Source: Eledone cirrhosa (Eukaryota). From it: a DNA stretch of 64,000 nucleotides. The stretch covers positions 283,650,001-283,714,000 of the forward strand of contig OZ024743.1 of NCBI GenBank assembly GCA_964016885.1. Direction: 5' to 3'. The position numbers and the translations under genes are program-made. Within the stretch, counting starts at the first letter, position 1. The number at the start of each line of letters is the position of its first letter. Shown piece by piece: positions 37,379 to 50,384 of the stretch. The notes beneath the pieces were generated by a model, which saw only the letters and a program-made list of their open reading frames with translations, was not told the DNA's origin and ran no database searches.

Positions 37379-37927
37379 GTTTGTTACATAATTGTTTCTG
37401 ATAGTTAAGTACAGTACTAATAATGTGTTATACAAGTGTGGGTATTGTTAATAATAAAAATGCTGCTCTAAAATTAAGAATGCTAATAAGAAGGCAGTTT
37501 TGTAGCTTTAACAATGCTAATTAATAAAGGCAGTGTTGCAATATCACATTGGTTATGATTGCAAAAATGAAATTAAAGACTAATTTTCAAATGATAACAT
37601 GGAACAGCATCAATGTTGCAGATAGTAGAATGCTAGAACGGATGCTTTAAAATACCAAACTTGGAACCACACAGTTTTCAGTTCAAATGTTACCATGGTG
37701 AAGTATGTGTTTCTCACTTTTGTGGTCAATAAAATTAGTAACAGCAGTACAGTGAGCTTGATTTAAATTACTATTCTTTTGGGATAAGGAGGAAACAAAA
37801 GCTGCTTTGTAATTCAGTATTCCAACAATTGATTGAAATACAGAATTTTAGGAATAATTACAGATCTTCACTGATACACATATTGACTAAACCTGGTGTA
37901 TGTGTGTGTTTGCATATATATATATTG

Positions 37928-38118
37928 TCATGACAAAAAGCACCCAGCATACACTATAAATGTGGTTGGCATTAGGAAAGGCATCCAGCCATAGAAACCA
38001 AGCCAGAAACAGCTCTGTATGAGCAAGACAATCACCTGACCCAACTTCCTTCAAATGGGACAACTCGTCTAACCCATACTGGCGTGGAAAATAGACATTA
38101 AACGATGATGGTGATGAT
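37928..38118 (+). mobile_element. RTE 3'UTR-derived fragment with (GAT)n tail
   Basis: ggttggcattaggaaaggcatccagc...aacccatactggcgtggaaa...ttaaacgatgatggtgatgat. Confidence 0.8.
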
Positions 38119-38124
38119 TATATA

Positions 38125-38995
38125 TATCATCATCATCATTTTATGTCCGCTTCTCCTTGCTTGCGAGGGTGGGATGGGTCCTTTTCAGCACAGCATCTCT
38201 CCATTTGTCACGGTCCTTCATCATCTCCTCTGAGCTTCAGCAATCTGAGGTCACCTCTGCCCATGTTTTACATGGTCTTCCTCTACTGCATCTTCCTTCC
38301 ACCGGGATTTCTTAGCACTTCTCCACCCAGCGGTCACCTTTCATGTGCATCACATGGCCATACCAATGCACTCTTTTCTCCTGCACACTACAGTTTATCC
38401 ATCTTATACACAGTTTCACTCTCAACTCGTCTGTTGTTCATGCACATTGACATTGCACATCCATCGGAGCATGCTTGCTTCATTTCTCCTCTGCAGTTAA
38501 TGCCCATGTCTCACTACCATGCAGCATCGTGCATCTCACATAGGCATCATATACCTTTTGTTCGTAGGGAGAAACCCTTCGTTGTCAACAGAGGAAGCAG
38601 TTCCCTAAACTTCTTCTATCCTGTGCTTACTCTAGATACTATGGCCTCGAAGCATCCTTCTCTCTTGCTAATCTGATAACCTAGGTATCGGAAGCTATCA
38701 ACCACCTCTATAGATCGTACCTGCGTTTGAAAAATGTGCCTATCACTGTAAACTCCTCTGTTATGGCTTGGAGAACTATAATGAATAAGAGTGGGTTGAG
38801 GACTGAACCCTGATGCACTCCTACTTGTATCTGGAATTCCTCACTAAACTCTATTCCTACTCGCACTAGACTGACAGCTCCTCTGTACATAACTTGTACT
38901 GTCCTTATAAGCCATTCTCTACACCTAGTTTCCTTAGAGACCACCAGATGACAGATCAGGGTACTCTATCAAAGGCCTTCTCTAGGTCAACAAAT
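38125..38995 (-). mobile_element. Older RTE LINE copy, 5'-truncated and internally deleted
   Basis: (atc)n tail at the left end; [12 protein letters not shown] and GVHQGSVLNPLLFIIVLQAITEEF on the - strand. Confidence 0.88.
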
Positions 38996-39030
38996 ATATA
39001 TATATATAATATCATTTACTTATGTTCATA

Positions 39031-41067
39031 CACACCATGGTCACCCGGATAGTAAACCAAGTCATACAGAATGGGGTTGTTCCGAAGGACTGGCGTAACA
39101 GCATCATCATTAACTGTTACAAGGGTAAAGGAGATGCCCTAGATAGGTGTAACTATAGAGGCATTAAATTAATCGACCAGGTCATGAAGGTCACGGAAAA
39201 AGTAATAGCGCAACTAATCAGAGAGAGAATTGATCTAGATGAAATGCAGTTCGGGTTTGTGTCAGGCAAAAGTACCACAGACGCTCTTTTCATTGTACGA
39301 CAACTACAGGAGAAGTACCTAGCTAAAAGTAAACCCCTATACTTAGCTTTTGTTGACTTGGAGAAAGCCTTCGACAGAGTCCCCCGTTCCATTATCTGGT
39401 GGGCTCTTAGAAAACTAGGGGTTGACGAATGGCTTGTGAGAGCTATACAAGCCATGTATAAAGAAACAGTCAGCAAGGTTAGAATTAACAACGAATATAG
39501 TGAAGAGTTTAGCGTAAAAGTTGGTGTCCATCAGGGCTCTGTTCTTAGCCCCCTCCTATTTATTATTGCCCTTCAGGCTATAACAGAGGAGTTCAAGACC
39601 GGCTGCCCATGGGAACTCCTATACGCAGATGATCTAACGCTCATAGCTGAATCAATGGCCGAGCTAGAGAAGAAATTCCAAACATGGAAGCACGGCCTAG
39701 AATCAAAAGGCCTTAAAATTAACCTGCTAAGACTAAAGTTCTAGTTTGTAGGAAAGAAAATAAGGCGCTGGTCCCTTCCGGGAAATGGCCATGCTCAGTG
39801 TGTAGGAAAGGCGTAGGTAGAAACTCCATTTTATGTCCCAAATGCAAAGTATGGGTGCATAAAAGATGTAGTGGGATCACAGGTAAGCTAACTAAGAACA
39901 TAGATTTTACATGTGGCCGGTGCTCTGGTGCAATAAGTAGCAGCAAGTGCCCACAAAATACTAGCTCTTTCAATTGCGCAGAGGGTTTTATAGAAATAGT
40001 GGACAGCTTCCGTTACCTGGGCGACAAAATCAGCAGTGGGGGAGGGTGCTCTGAAAGTACAGTAGCTAGAGTCAGAACTGGTTGGAAAAAGTTCAAAGAG
40101 CTTATACCACTATTAGCCGCTAAAGGGTTCTCCCTAAGAATGAAAGGCAGGTTGTATGATGCCTGCATACGAACAGCAATGTTGCATGGCAGTGAGACCT
40201 GGGCATTGTGTGCAGAAGATATACGCAGACTAGAGAGGAACGAAGCTTGCATGCTCCGCTGGATGTGTAATAGTAACATACGTGAACGGCAAAGCATAAG
40301 CGAACTAAGGAAAAAATTAGAAATAAGAGGGATCAGATGTTGTTTACTCGAGAAAAGGCTACGTTGGTATGGTCACGTGATGCGCATGAAAGACGATAGC
40401 TGTATAACAAAGTGCAGGGCAATAAAGATAGACGGTAGCTACGGAGTAGGCAGACCCAGAAAAACCTGGGACGAGCTGATAAATTCTGACCTCACACACT
40501 TACACCTCTCCAAGACAATGTCACTGGACTGAGACCTTTGGCGGTACTCAGTAATAGAGAAGACCCGCCTTACCTAAATACAAAGTAAACCTACTACAGC
40601 CAGTAGGCATCTCTAACAAAATACACCCCCGTCCCACCACCCCATCCACACCGCCCCTTTCAATGTAAAGTTATGTTGGTGCCACACCATCCAGGCCGAA
40701 ACAAATGAGATCGTGTAGGTGTCACGACAAAAAACACAGTCCACGCTGTAATGTGGCCGTGTAGGCAACACAGTAAAAACCTCCCAGCCCCACACTGTAA
40801 ATGTGGTTGGTGTTAGGAAGGGCATCCAGCTGTAGAAAACCTGCCAGACAGTCCACGCTGTAATGTGGCCGTGTAGGCAACACGGTAAAAACCTCCCAGC
40901 CCCACACTGTAAATGTGGTTGGTGTTAGGAAGGGCATCCAGCTGTAGAAAACCCACCAGATAGTCCTATGCGAGCAAGACAAACACTCTTACCTCAAGTG
41001 GGAAAACCCCCGTCCAAACCCATGCAAGCGTGGAACACGGACGTTAAACGTTGATGATGATGATGAT
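39031..41067 (+). mobile_element. RTE LINE copy C, 5'-truncated, frameshift near 39726, premature stop at 40530, duplicated 3'UTR segment
   Basis: ORFs 39022-39744 and 39798-40532 nearly match copy A; (GAT)n tail. Confidence 0.95.
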
Positions 41068-41292
41068 CCATATATAATATAAAAGAGAGATATTTGTTGG
41101 TTGGTGTCTTCGCGCATCACACAAAAATGAAATCTGACAATCGAAAAGTAAGTACACCAATGGAATAAAAATATACCCAGAAAGGTTTATTGATACTCAT
41201 TTTATAACATCAAAGAAGAAGAAAAACATCCTGTGTATGCTAACCAACCTGACTGCTATTTCTAGCAGGCTGGGAGACAACCATAAAGGATT

Positions 41293-42450
41293 TAATAATA
41301 ATATAATAATAATGAAATTATTGTGTACAGTGCTCAGGTGCACTACAACTCATCAAAGGTGCATGTATAGTACATAGAATAATGTACAAATGTCAGGAAA
41401 ATAAACAGTGTATGAGTCATGATATAATAACGATAACAATAATGAAATATTGTGCACAGTGCCCAGGTGCACCACAACCCATCAAAAAAGTGCATGTACA
41501 GTACATAGGGCAATGCACAAACATCAGTAAAATGAACAGTGCACACATGTGTGCATGTGTATGGAAGGGGCACATCAGGTGTAGTTTTGGCGTATTTCGG
41601 GAAGCATGAGTGTCTTAAAGGATGCAGTGTCTCGGCAGCTAACAATTGACGCAGGCAGTTTGTTCCATGCTTCAGCAACTCTGAGCGTGAAAAAATGTCT
41701 GCGAAAGTCATGGGAGCTGTGCTGTTTTCTTATCTTGTAGGCATGTCCACGTGTGTTAGACACATGGAGATCAAAGAGGCGCTCAGGGTTGCAGTTGGCG
41801 AGATGGTTAAAAACTTTGTGGGTATTCACCAAGTCCATTGCCAGACGTCGGAGCTTCAATGAATCCATGCCCAGGGAAGCAAGGCGTTCAGAGTATGGTA
41901 GGTGTCTGATGGAGGGTATGCGCTTGGTTGCACGTCTCTGAACAGTTTCCAGGAGGTCAATGTTCCGAGCAAGATAGGGGTTCCAGACTGATGATGCGAA
42001 TTCCAAGTGTGGTCGCACCATAGCTGTATACAGTTTTAAATAGATGGCTGGAGAGCGGCTAACAAAGGTCTTGCTGAGTGATGCCAAGACACCCTCGGCC
42101 TTCTTGACAATCTTAGAGACATGCTTTGTCCAACGCAAATCGTTGCTGACAGTAATGCCCAGGTCACGTTCACAAGAGGACTTTTTGATGTCAGTGTTGT
42201 GGAGGGAGTATGTGGACGCTGGATTTTTCCTTCCAAAATGCATGGTGGTACACTTGTCCACAGCCAGCTTCAGTTGCCAGTCTGTGATCCATTGCTGCAT
42301 TGTGTCCAGGTCTGATTGTAGGAAAGAGTTGTAAATTTCAGGATCAGTCCTTTTGATTTCAAGGTACAGCTTGATGTCATCTGCATATTTTAGTACCGTG
42401 GCATTCTGTAAGTTGGCATCTATGTCATTAATATATGCCACAAACAAAAG
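41293..42450 (-). mobile_element. CR1-group LINE family 2, 5'-truncated, open RT C-terminal frame, tandemly duplicated 3'UTR with (ATT)n tails
   Basis: ORF 41575-42447: YINDID, KYADDIKL, ERDLGI, VRPHLEF, TRGHAYK, FFTLRVAEAWNKLP. Confidence 0.92.
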
Positions 42451-43724
42451 AGGACTTATTCTGCGTTGTCAGCGAAGTTCGTGTTTCATGGCTAGCGTCT
42501 GTGTGTATTCAAACACTGGTTTACACATACACATAATTATCTATATCTATATATAATATAAAAAATTGGAACTCCTATCATTCTTTTGAGAAACCTGGAT
42601 TCACTATATCTATGTAATGGCACATGTTTAACAGTCAGGCAGATGTTGAACCATCTCCTTCTTGGAGGCATTCATCAAAGAGAAAATACATTTATTCCCA
42701 AGATTCCTCATATCCCTTACTCTACCAAGTTGCCATTCTAATTCTCAATACTTCAGTTCCCTGTTAGAACCAGTTTTGTTATGACTATAAATAAAGCTCA
42801 GGGTCAGAGTCTCAAAGTTGTAGGATTGAATATGTGAGAATCGGTTTTTAACCATGGACAGTTATATGTCGGTTGTTCATGAGTGGAAACACCTTGAAAT
42901 TTTCATATACTATGCCCGAACAGTAAAATGAAAAATCTGGTTATCTGGAAGATTTTTTACTGTTTTTTTCTTTTTTATCACACACACCACAGTCTTGCCT
43001 CATACTGTAAACCTGACAATGCATCCAATACAGTCATTTTCTCTTCTACCGGTTTTCTCTTATGTGTTTACCTGGGCGAAGCTGGGTACCTCAGCTAGTA
43101 TATGTATTTACTATAATTCTTTGAGGTGTCTGGATAATTTGAAATGTTGAAATCCAAACACAGATTTGCTACAATGATAATAGTGTTAAAAAACCAGGGC
43201 AAAATATGCCTAGGTATATATATATTTATTTGTATGTATATATATATATAACCAAAATTAAATTAAGGATGTCATGTCTGAAAATATCAGAAACATGACA
43301 TATATATTTATATGTATGTATATATGTGTGTGTGTGTGTGTGTGTGTGCATAAAATACCCCTAGGCATATACATATGGTTGTACATAAAAGATTTAGATA
43401 CAATTAATTTCAAGTATAAATATTTTTGCTGTCAACAAAATTTGTAGGTGTCAAAAACTTCTCTGCATTTTAAAACCTGAAATAGATTGTAGTTTCTTAC
43501 TTTGCATGCTGTGATTAACTGTAACAATTGTCACCCCTACCCCACAATTTTTTCTTCCATATTCTTGGAAAATGAAAAATTCTGCTATTAATATATGCTG
43601 CCAAACTGTAATTAAAGCTGGTTCAAAGATCCAGGTTTTGCTGATGTTAGATTACAAAACATGTATAAATAAGGAGAGGAATATCTTGTAAAATCAAATA
43701 AATTTTGGTATTTCTTTTCTTCAG

Positions 43725-43816
43725 GTGCTGCATTACTGGAGAAATTATCTGAGACATGGAATTATTTCTACAAAGAGATCATATTTACATTGCAGGCAAT
43801 ACTTTATCCATTCCAG
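43725..43816 (+). CDS. PRR5: PRR5/Protor-like exon (GAALLEKLSETWNYFYKEIIFTLQAILYPFQ)
   Basis: ttcag acceptor, CAG|gtaaaa donor, phase 1 to 0; matches LLxxLxETWxxF...LQAIxYP of the HbrB domain. Confidence 0.95.
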
Positions 43817-44476
43817 GTAAAACAATAACTACTTGGAATAAACTAAATTCTAAAATTAATCCTGAGAATTTTACTGCAATTAATTCAATTTTTCTTCTGA
43901 ATATTTTATTTAATGTGATCCACAGTGACATTATCTGCAATCTCAGTAACAAGTAACTTATATATAGATACTATCTCTTGATTCTACCATGTATACTAAC
44001 ATTGATATCAATGAACTAAATGGATAGTCCATATAAGGTCATTCAACCTGCTAGAAATTGCAGCCAAATCTCTCAAATCTCATTTTACTATTTAAAAAAA
44101 AGGTAGAACATATTGTATTATGTGGTCCTTGATACACTGTGATGGGAGGTTATAGCTGGTATGCTTTTGATTGTAGGTCTGCTTGATCAAAACTGACCTG
44201 AGTCTAAACAATATCAGCAATACTGGCATCACTTGCTGTCCTACTATACCATATTATGTCTTTTTTTCAGCTTTTTACAAAGGCAGAACTATAGCAAATA
44301 AAGGTTATCCAAGGCATGGTTATTGCTACTTAAAAACTGTACCATACTGTACTTTTACTATATTAAAGGGATGCTGATATCATTTTATGCTCTTCTAACT
44401 ACACCAGCTCATCTCTTGACATTCTGACTTCCACACAGTTTATTCACCAATCAAGTATCTTCATCTTTTTCATTAT

Positions 44477-44633
44477 TGGCAGTATTGGTAGCGGGTCAGA
44501 TGCCATGCTTTGCAACACACAGTTACGGCTCTTTATGGTCTGAGTTCAAATCCATCCTTATGGGGGTCGATAAAATAAAGCACCAGTAATACACTGGGAT
44601 AATTGCTGGCCTTGTGCCAAAAGTAGAAACAAT
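44477..44633 (+). mobile_element. tRNA-derived SINE with internal deletion
   Basis: Same family as 52237-52427; lacks the segment between the B box and catcc. Confidence 0.8.
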
Positions 44634-45086
44634 TATATAGTTACTGGTGTAGTGGCAGGTTCATTAGACTATCAAACAAAATGCCTTGTGATATTTGTTC
44701 CAGTTTTCTGTACTCTTGAGTTGAAGTTCTACTGAGGTGAACATTGCCTTTCATGTTTTGGGGGTCAATAAATTACACCACCAGTCCAGAACAATGAATT
44801 ACCAGTGTGGTGGAAGAGATGCTTTGTGGTATTCATATTCTCATGTGGCCTACTTCTCATCTAGTTTAACACCACCATGTGACTGTTGAGTGACTTTAAG
44901 AGAGTTCATGCTGCTGCAAGTATTCAGGTCAGATCTCCAGTTTGAGGATAGCTTCCTCCATCCCACTATTTTCAAAGGCCCTGAAAGTGGTTATGGGTAC
45001 TGCTCTCTTCTACCTGGCTAAACAGTAAAAATAAATAGCACATTGCCTGTTGCTCCAGTGAATCCTCACATTTGTTGTACTGCTGA

Positions 45087-45278
45087 GGGTGGTGGATTGG
45101 CAGTATCGGATAACGTGCTTTGCAGCATAGAGTTACGGCCCTTTGCGTTCTGATTAAAATGACCCCAGTGCATCACTGGTGCTTTATTTTATCGACCCCG
45201 TAAGGATGAAAGGCAAAGCTAACCTCGGCAGGATTTGAACTCAGAACGTAAAGGGCCATAACTCTATGCTGCAAAGCA
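45087..45278. mobile_element. Rearranged (fold-back) SINE
   Basis: The + strand 5' part is fused to a - strand body; arms 45116-45153 and 45241-45278 are complementary. Confidence 0.85.
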
Positions 45279-46372
45279 AAATAACAATAACTATTACTAA
45301 ACTGACTGTGCTGCTTTATTTTACTTGTTGCCCTACTAACTATGCCATAACTTCACTTGTCACTTCATTAATTCCTACATTACCTGTTATCTACCACATC
45401 AACAGTTATTAATACGCAGGCCTTGAGACACAGAAGGAGCTTGACTTGCTAAAAATAGCAACCAAATATCCCTCAAATCACATACTGCCATCTTTCAAAA
45501 AATGAATACATTGGCTAATTACACTGTTTCTGAAAAGCAAAAATTAAAAACAGGAAAGTCATATTTGAAATTCATGATAGGTCAGGTTGATCAAAGCTGA
45601 CCTGGAACTAAACTACAACAATACAGAGATCATAGATTCCAATGGAGCATCATTTTTAACATGGAGGTATGTTCTGAATGGAATGCAGATTACCCTACTG
45701 AACTTGCCCAAGTCACAGTCCTTGTGACCAATTTCTCACAGAATTAAAGTTGAAGCCACTCTGATATTTCAACTTTAATACACCATACTGCATGGATCAA
45801 AAGTGCTTTGATGTGTCTACATAAACCTTATTTAGACACATAAACTCTGGGATATGATAGACTGATGTTTACACAAAGAAATCTGTGGCATTTGTTTTGC
45901 CTCATTCAGAATTTGGCAATGGAGTTTATTCAATCAATGCATTGTAGATTATTTGACCTTTCAGGATCAATGATATTCATCAATTGGCAATTAACTGTAA
46001 TTGCTTCATATGAATGGGAGAATGGAAATGGTAGCAGTCATGTTTATCCTAAGGATATTTGTAAAATAAACAACATAACTACAAACAGGAATGAAACCTG
46101 AATGTAGCTATTTTAGTCCTTCAAGAGTTTACTACCAAGTTACTGCACTCACTGTAGTCTAATCATTGAAATTTATCAAATATTAATCATTCATACAATC
46201 ATTTTTGCTTCGTGCGATAACAAAGTTCTGAGACATGTAGGTGAAAGGTCATAGTTAATTTCTGTTTGGTTCTTATGATAAAATTTTGTCTTGAAAATGT
46301 ACTATTTTTTCCTTCTTTTTCAATAACCAAGTAAATTATACATTTTAATTTTTTTTCTGTTCTGTTTTGCAG

Positions 46373-46469
46373 GATAATTCTACAGAGGAGATGCCAATGA
46401 CGATACGGCAGGTAATCTTAGCCGACTTCCGAGATACAGTTTTGTTGAAAATTAATCAGGATGTGGAAG
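46373..46469 (+). CDS. PRR5: PRR5/Protor-like exon (DNSTEEMPMTIRQVILADFRDTVLLKINQDVE-E)
   Basis: ttgcag acceptor, G|gtatga donor, phase 0 to 1; parallels SVRQLALLHFRN. Confidence 0.92.
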
Positions 46470-46513
46470 GTATGACAAAAGTTACAGTGAATAATTTCTA
46501 AACTACCCTCACA

Positions 46514-46619
<106 letters not shown>

Positions 46620-46859
46620 GCTTCTATCTTCCTGCATCAATATGTGTGTGTATGTGCTGAAAGAGAGAAAGATAGCCAGAAGGAGAGCACTTATTAATTT
46701 GTTTGGATTTGGTACAAGTTTATTGAATTGACCTAGTGTTTTAGTAGTACTTATTTCATTGATTTTGAAGGGATGCAAGGCAAAGCCAGCTATTATAGTA
46801 TTTATGTTGAGAACTTAGAGGCTATATAAGTGAATACTTGCAAAGTATTTAGTCTGGTC

Positions 46860-49105
46860 GCTCGCAACCCTCAGAGATGCTCAGAGAACCACTTAACACA
46901 TCGCTAAACAATGTGACAATGATTACAGGAGGCAACTCTGTGAAGAAGTCCAATATGCTGAGATTGGCAATATCTGCAGCATTTACAATGGCATAAAGAA
47001 GGCCCTAGGTCCTGCTGTGAAAGGGACTGCCCACTTGAAATCTCTGATGGGGGAGAAATTCACCGACCGCAAGGAAAAGATGGCCAGATTGGTGCAGCAT
47101 TATTCAGAACTGTACTTCCGCATGTCTGTCTCTGACGCCGCACTCAGTAGTATTAGGGAGGAGCTCAATAAAACCATCAACTCCCTGCTAACTGACAAAG
47201 CACCGGGTACCGACAACATCCCATTTGAAGCCATCAAATACGAAAAACCAGCTGCTCTGCCTCTGTTGGGAGAAAGGTGCAATCCCTCAGGCCATGCGCG
47301 ATGCCACGATTGTGACACTTTACAAAAACAAAGATGACCATTGTGACTGCAATAATTATAGAGGAATCTGATTCCTGGGCATCATTGGAAAAGTGTATGC
47401 CTGCTTTCTTCTCAACAGGCTGCAGTTGCTCATGGATCGCATCTATCCGGAATCCCAATGCGGTGTCAGGGCAGGCAGATCAACAACCGACATGATCTTT
47501 TCCTTCCGTCAGATTCAGAAATGCAGAGAGCAGGGCTAGCCACTCTGCATGATCTTTATAGACCTCACCAAGGCCTTTGACCTGGTTGGAAGAGAGGGCC
47601 TATTTGAAATTCTCAAGAGGATCAGCTGTCTCTCAAAGCTCCGCAGCCTGGCAATCTCCTTCCATACTGACATGAAGGGACCAGTCCTGTACAATGGATA
47701 CTCCTCGTATACCTTCTTCATCAAGACTAAGGTGAGGTGGATGCTCGAAGACTAAGGTGAGGTGGATGCTCATCAGGGAGATGCTTTTTGCTGATGATGC
47801 GGCCCTTGTGGCTCACTCTGAGGAAGTTCTCAAGAGACTGAGTGATCACTTTGCTGATGCTTGCAAGCAGTTCGGGCTTACTATAAACCTGAAGAAGACC
47901 AACATCAATTCACAGGATGTCAATAGGGCCACTGCAATCAAAATCAACAATGTCACCCTGGAAGCTGTGGATAATTTCACCTGCCTGGGGTTTACAATAA
48001 GCAACACCCTTTCACTCAACATTGAACTTTTAGTAGTCATTATCACTGGTCGCAGGAAGGATAATAATGTTGCATCTGTAAGGGATTAGGATATTTAGTA
48101 AAACAAAGTTGACAGATAAATGGTTAATCCCTGTCTAACAAGCTACTCTCAATGTTAGAGAGTAAAATCAAAAACAGTGGGAAAGCAAGTTAAGAGCTGT
48201 TGCACTACCAGCGTCCAAAATGCAACTACTAGTTAGTTTTGCAAAAGGCACATTCTACTGCTGGTTGGAAATGGTCATTTGTATTCATACATCACTAACC
48301 CTACAGGGCTGGCGACTGACCAAGCATGACCAAATTACACCACAGCAATAAAATAGTACTATCAAGTCTTGCTACAAGCTTGACAGGTGGCTTGGGAAGT
48401 CAAACACCATCATGGCTAAACTGATTAAGAGGGTGTGGGAGAACAAGGCACTGACAGAACACACCAAGATCCAAGTCTACCAGGCCTGTCTTCTTAGCAC
48501 TTTGCTCTACGGAAGTGAAACCTGGAGGCAAGAACGTTGGCTCAGTGTCTTCCACATGCAGTGTCTCAAACGTGTCCTCGCATTCAGCTAGCCAGACCAT
48601 ATCCCATATAATGACATCCTACCACATGCCAGGATTCCTAGCATGTATTCCCTGCTGAGCGAGCACCGTCTTCATTGGCTAGGACATATTCGGCATATGG
48701 AAGATTGCCAAAAGACTTCCTGTATGGACAGCTGGCCACCAGCACCAGGTGAGTGGGTCGCCCATTGTTCCATTTCAGGGACACATGCAAGAGAAACATG
48801 AAAGCCTGCAACATCCCTTCTTCCAGCTGGGAGAGACAGGCTGGGGACTGCAATGTCTGGCATCAGACTGTCTGCAGTGGCATTGCAAATGCAAATGCAA
48901 AGAGAGGTCAACTTGCAGCAAAAAAATGGACCGAAAAAAGCACATCACAGACATACCAACAACCCAGGACTCTACATATATCTGCACCAAGTGCAACAAA
49001 GACTATCACTTATGCATAGGTCTGCACAGTCACACCAGACAATGCCAGAGACTAGCCATAACTCTAGGTGCATTAAGCATAGTCTCCCGAGACTGAGCTG
49101 CCAAT
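46860..49105 (+). mobile_element. Decayed RTE-BovB-like LINE, interrupted by unrelated sequence at about 48030-48398
   Basis: KAPGTDNIP, NYRGI, YPESQCGVRAGRSTTDMIF, FIDLTKAFDLV, LFADDAAL, LLYGSETW, terminal C2H2-like CTKCNK...LHSHTRQC; 24-bp tandem duplication at 47723-47771. Confidence 0.88.
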
Positions 49106-49876
49106 GATTTAGTCTGGTACTGCACTGTTTCTTTTAAATTACCCCTTCCCTCTTTGTGAGAATAATGTCTTATGTATGTTCCTGTTATCATGTTGAAATA
49201 TTTTATAACATTTATATTTTTCTGTGATGAATTATTATTAAAATAATGATTTTCCCCATTGGCACAAAGCCACAAATGAATAGTGAATTGAATTAACTCA
49301 AGTACTTGCTTGATTTTAATTTTATCATATTTATATATATTTAGCTTCACTATGTTTTGCTAATTTACAATGCTGGAAAAAAGTGTTCCACATAGTAGTA
49401 GTTGCTGGAGCAAAGAATGTTTTGTAGGATTTTACACAACCAAATATTGATTGAAATCACCATTCTCTATATAATTACACTTAATGTCTCGAAAGATAGC
49501 TGGAGATTTCTCTCTAAAACAAATATTAACTTCCAAAACTAGAACTGCATGCAGACGATTTTCTAACTGTGATAGACAGCATGTTAACAAGGATAGAAAA
49601 ATTACACCTTTGACATTATTCAGTTTTTAAGAAGTTTATTAAAAATAAACTAAATATAATTTTTATACTATTTTTTTATAATAGTAATTCTATAATTAAA
49701 ATCCTTGTGAATCAATAAAATAATTGTTTTCACTTAGCTAATACTATTTTCTTTTTTATCTATTAATTTTATTATTATTATTTGTTTATTTTTACTGTTA
49801 ATTTAAACTACTGTTGCTTTCATTCTATCTGTATGTATTTATATATATTTAATTATTTTGTTATTTTTGTTACCAG

Positions 49877-49938
49877 AAGCACTTGAAACTTCAAATGTTT
49901 CACTTGAACCAATCAAACAAATGGTCTTGGTTTTACAG
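49877..49938 (+). CDS. PRR5: PRR5/Protor-like exon (EALETSNVSLEPIKQMVLVLQ)
   Basis: accag acceptor, CAG|gtgagt donor, phase 1 to 0; matches IxQMLLVLQ. Confidence 0.94.
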
Positions 49939-50384
49939 GTGAGTATTTCTCTTTAATATTCTCATGTCCCCATCGTTTAATGTTGATTTACTTAGCAGTT
50001 GACTCATTGTTGTTTTAATATCTGCTTTTTTTTAATAATCTATGCTATAGTATAGACTTGTCAGCAATACAAAATATGTCTCTGCTTCAATTCTATGTCA
50101 TCTTTGTAATCTATCATATTATCAGGTTTAACCTAACTTTTATGTGCCTAGACTTCCTTGATCTACATCTGTCTACTACAAGTACAATCTACTATTAACT
50201 CCAGGGCTCTTTTTCACCTAACAAATATTGGATATTCAATTGTATGTCTAACTCATCACAATTACTTCTCTTTCCTCAGAATATGAATCATTCTGATGCC
50301 TACCTCTTCCCTTACCTTCTCTAAAGTTAACTTTGTTGTACATCAGATAGACCACGTACAGCACATTAATATTATTATGCATTT

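Noticed and set aside
43756-43956. ORF MELFLQRDH... overlapping the exon at 43725
   Set aside because: Wrong frame; the spliced PRR5-like frame carries the conserved motif.
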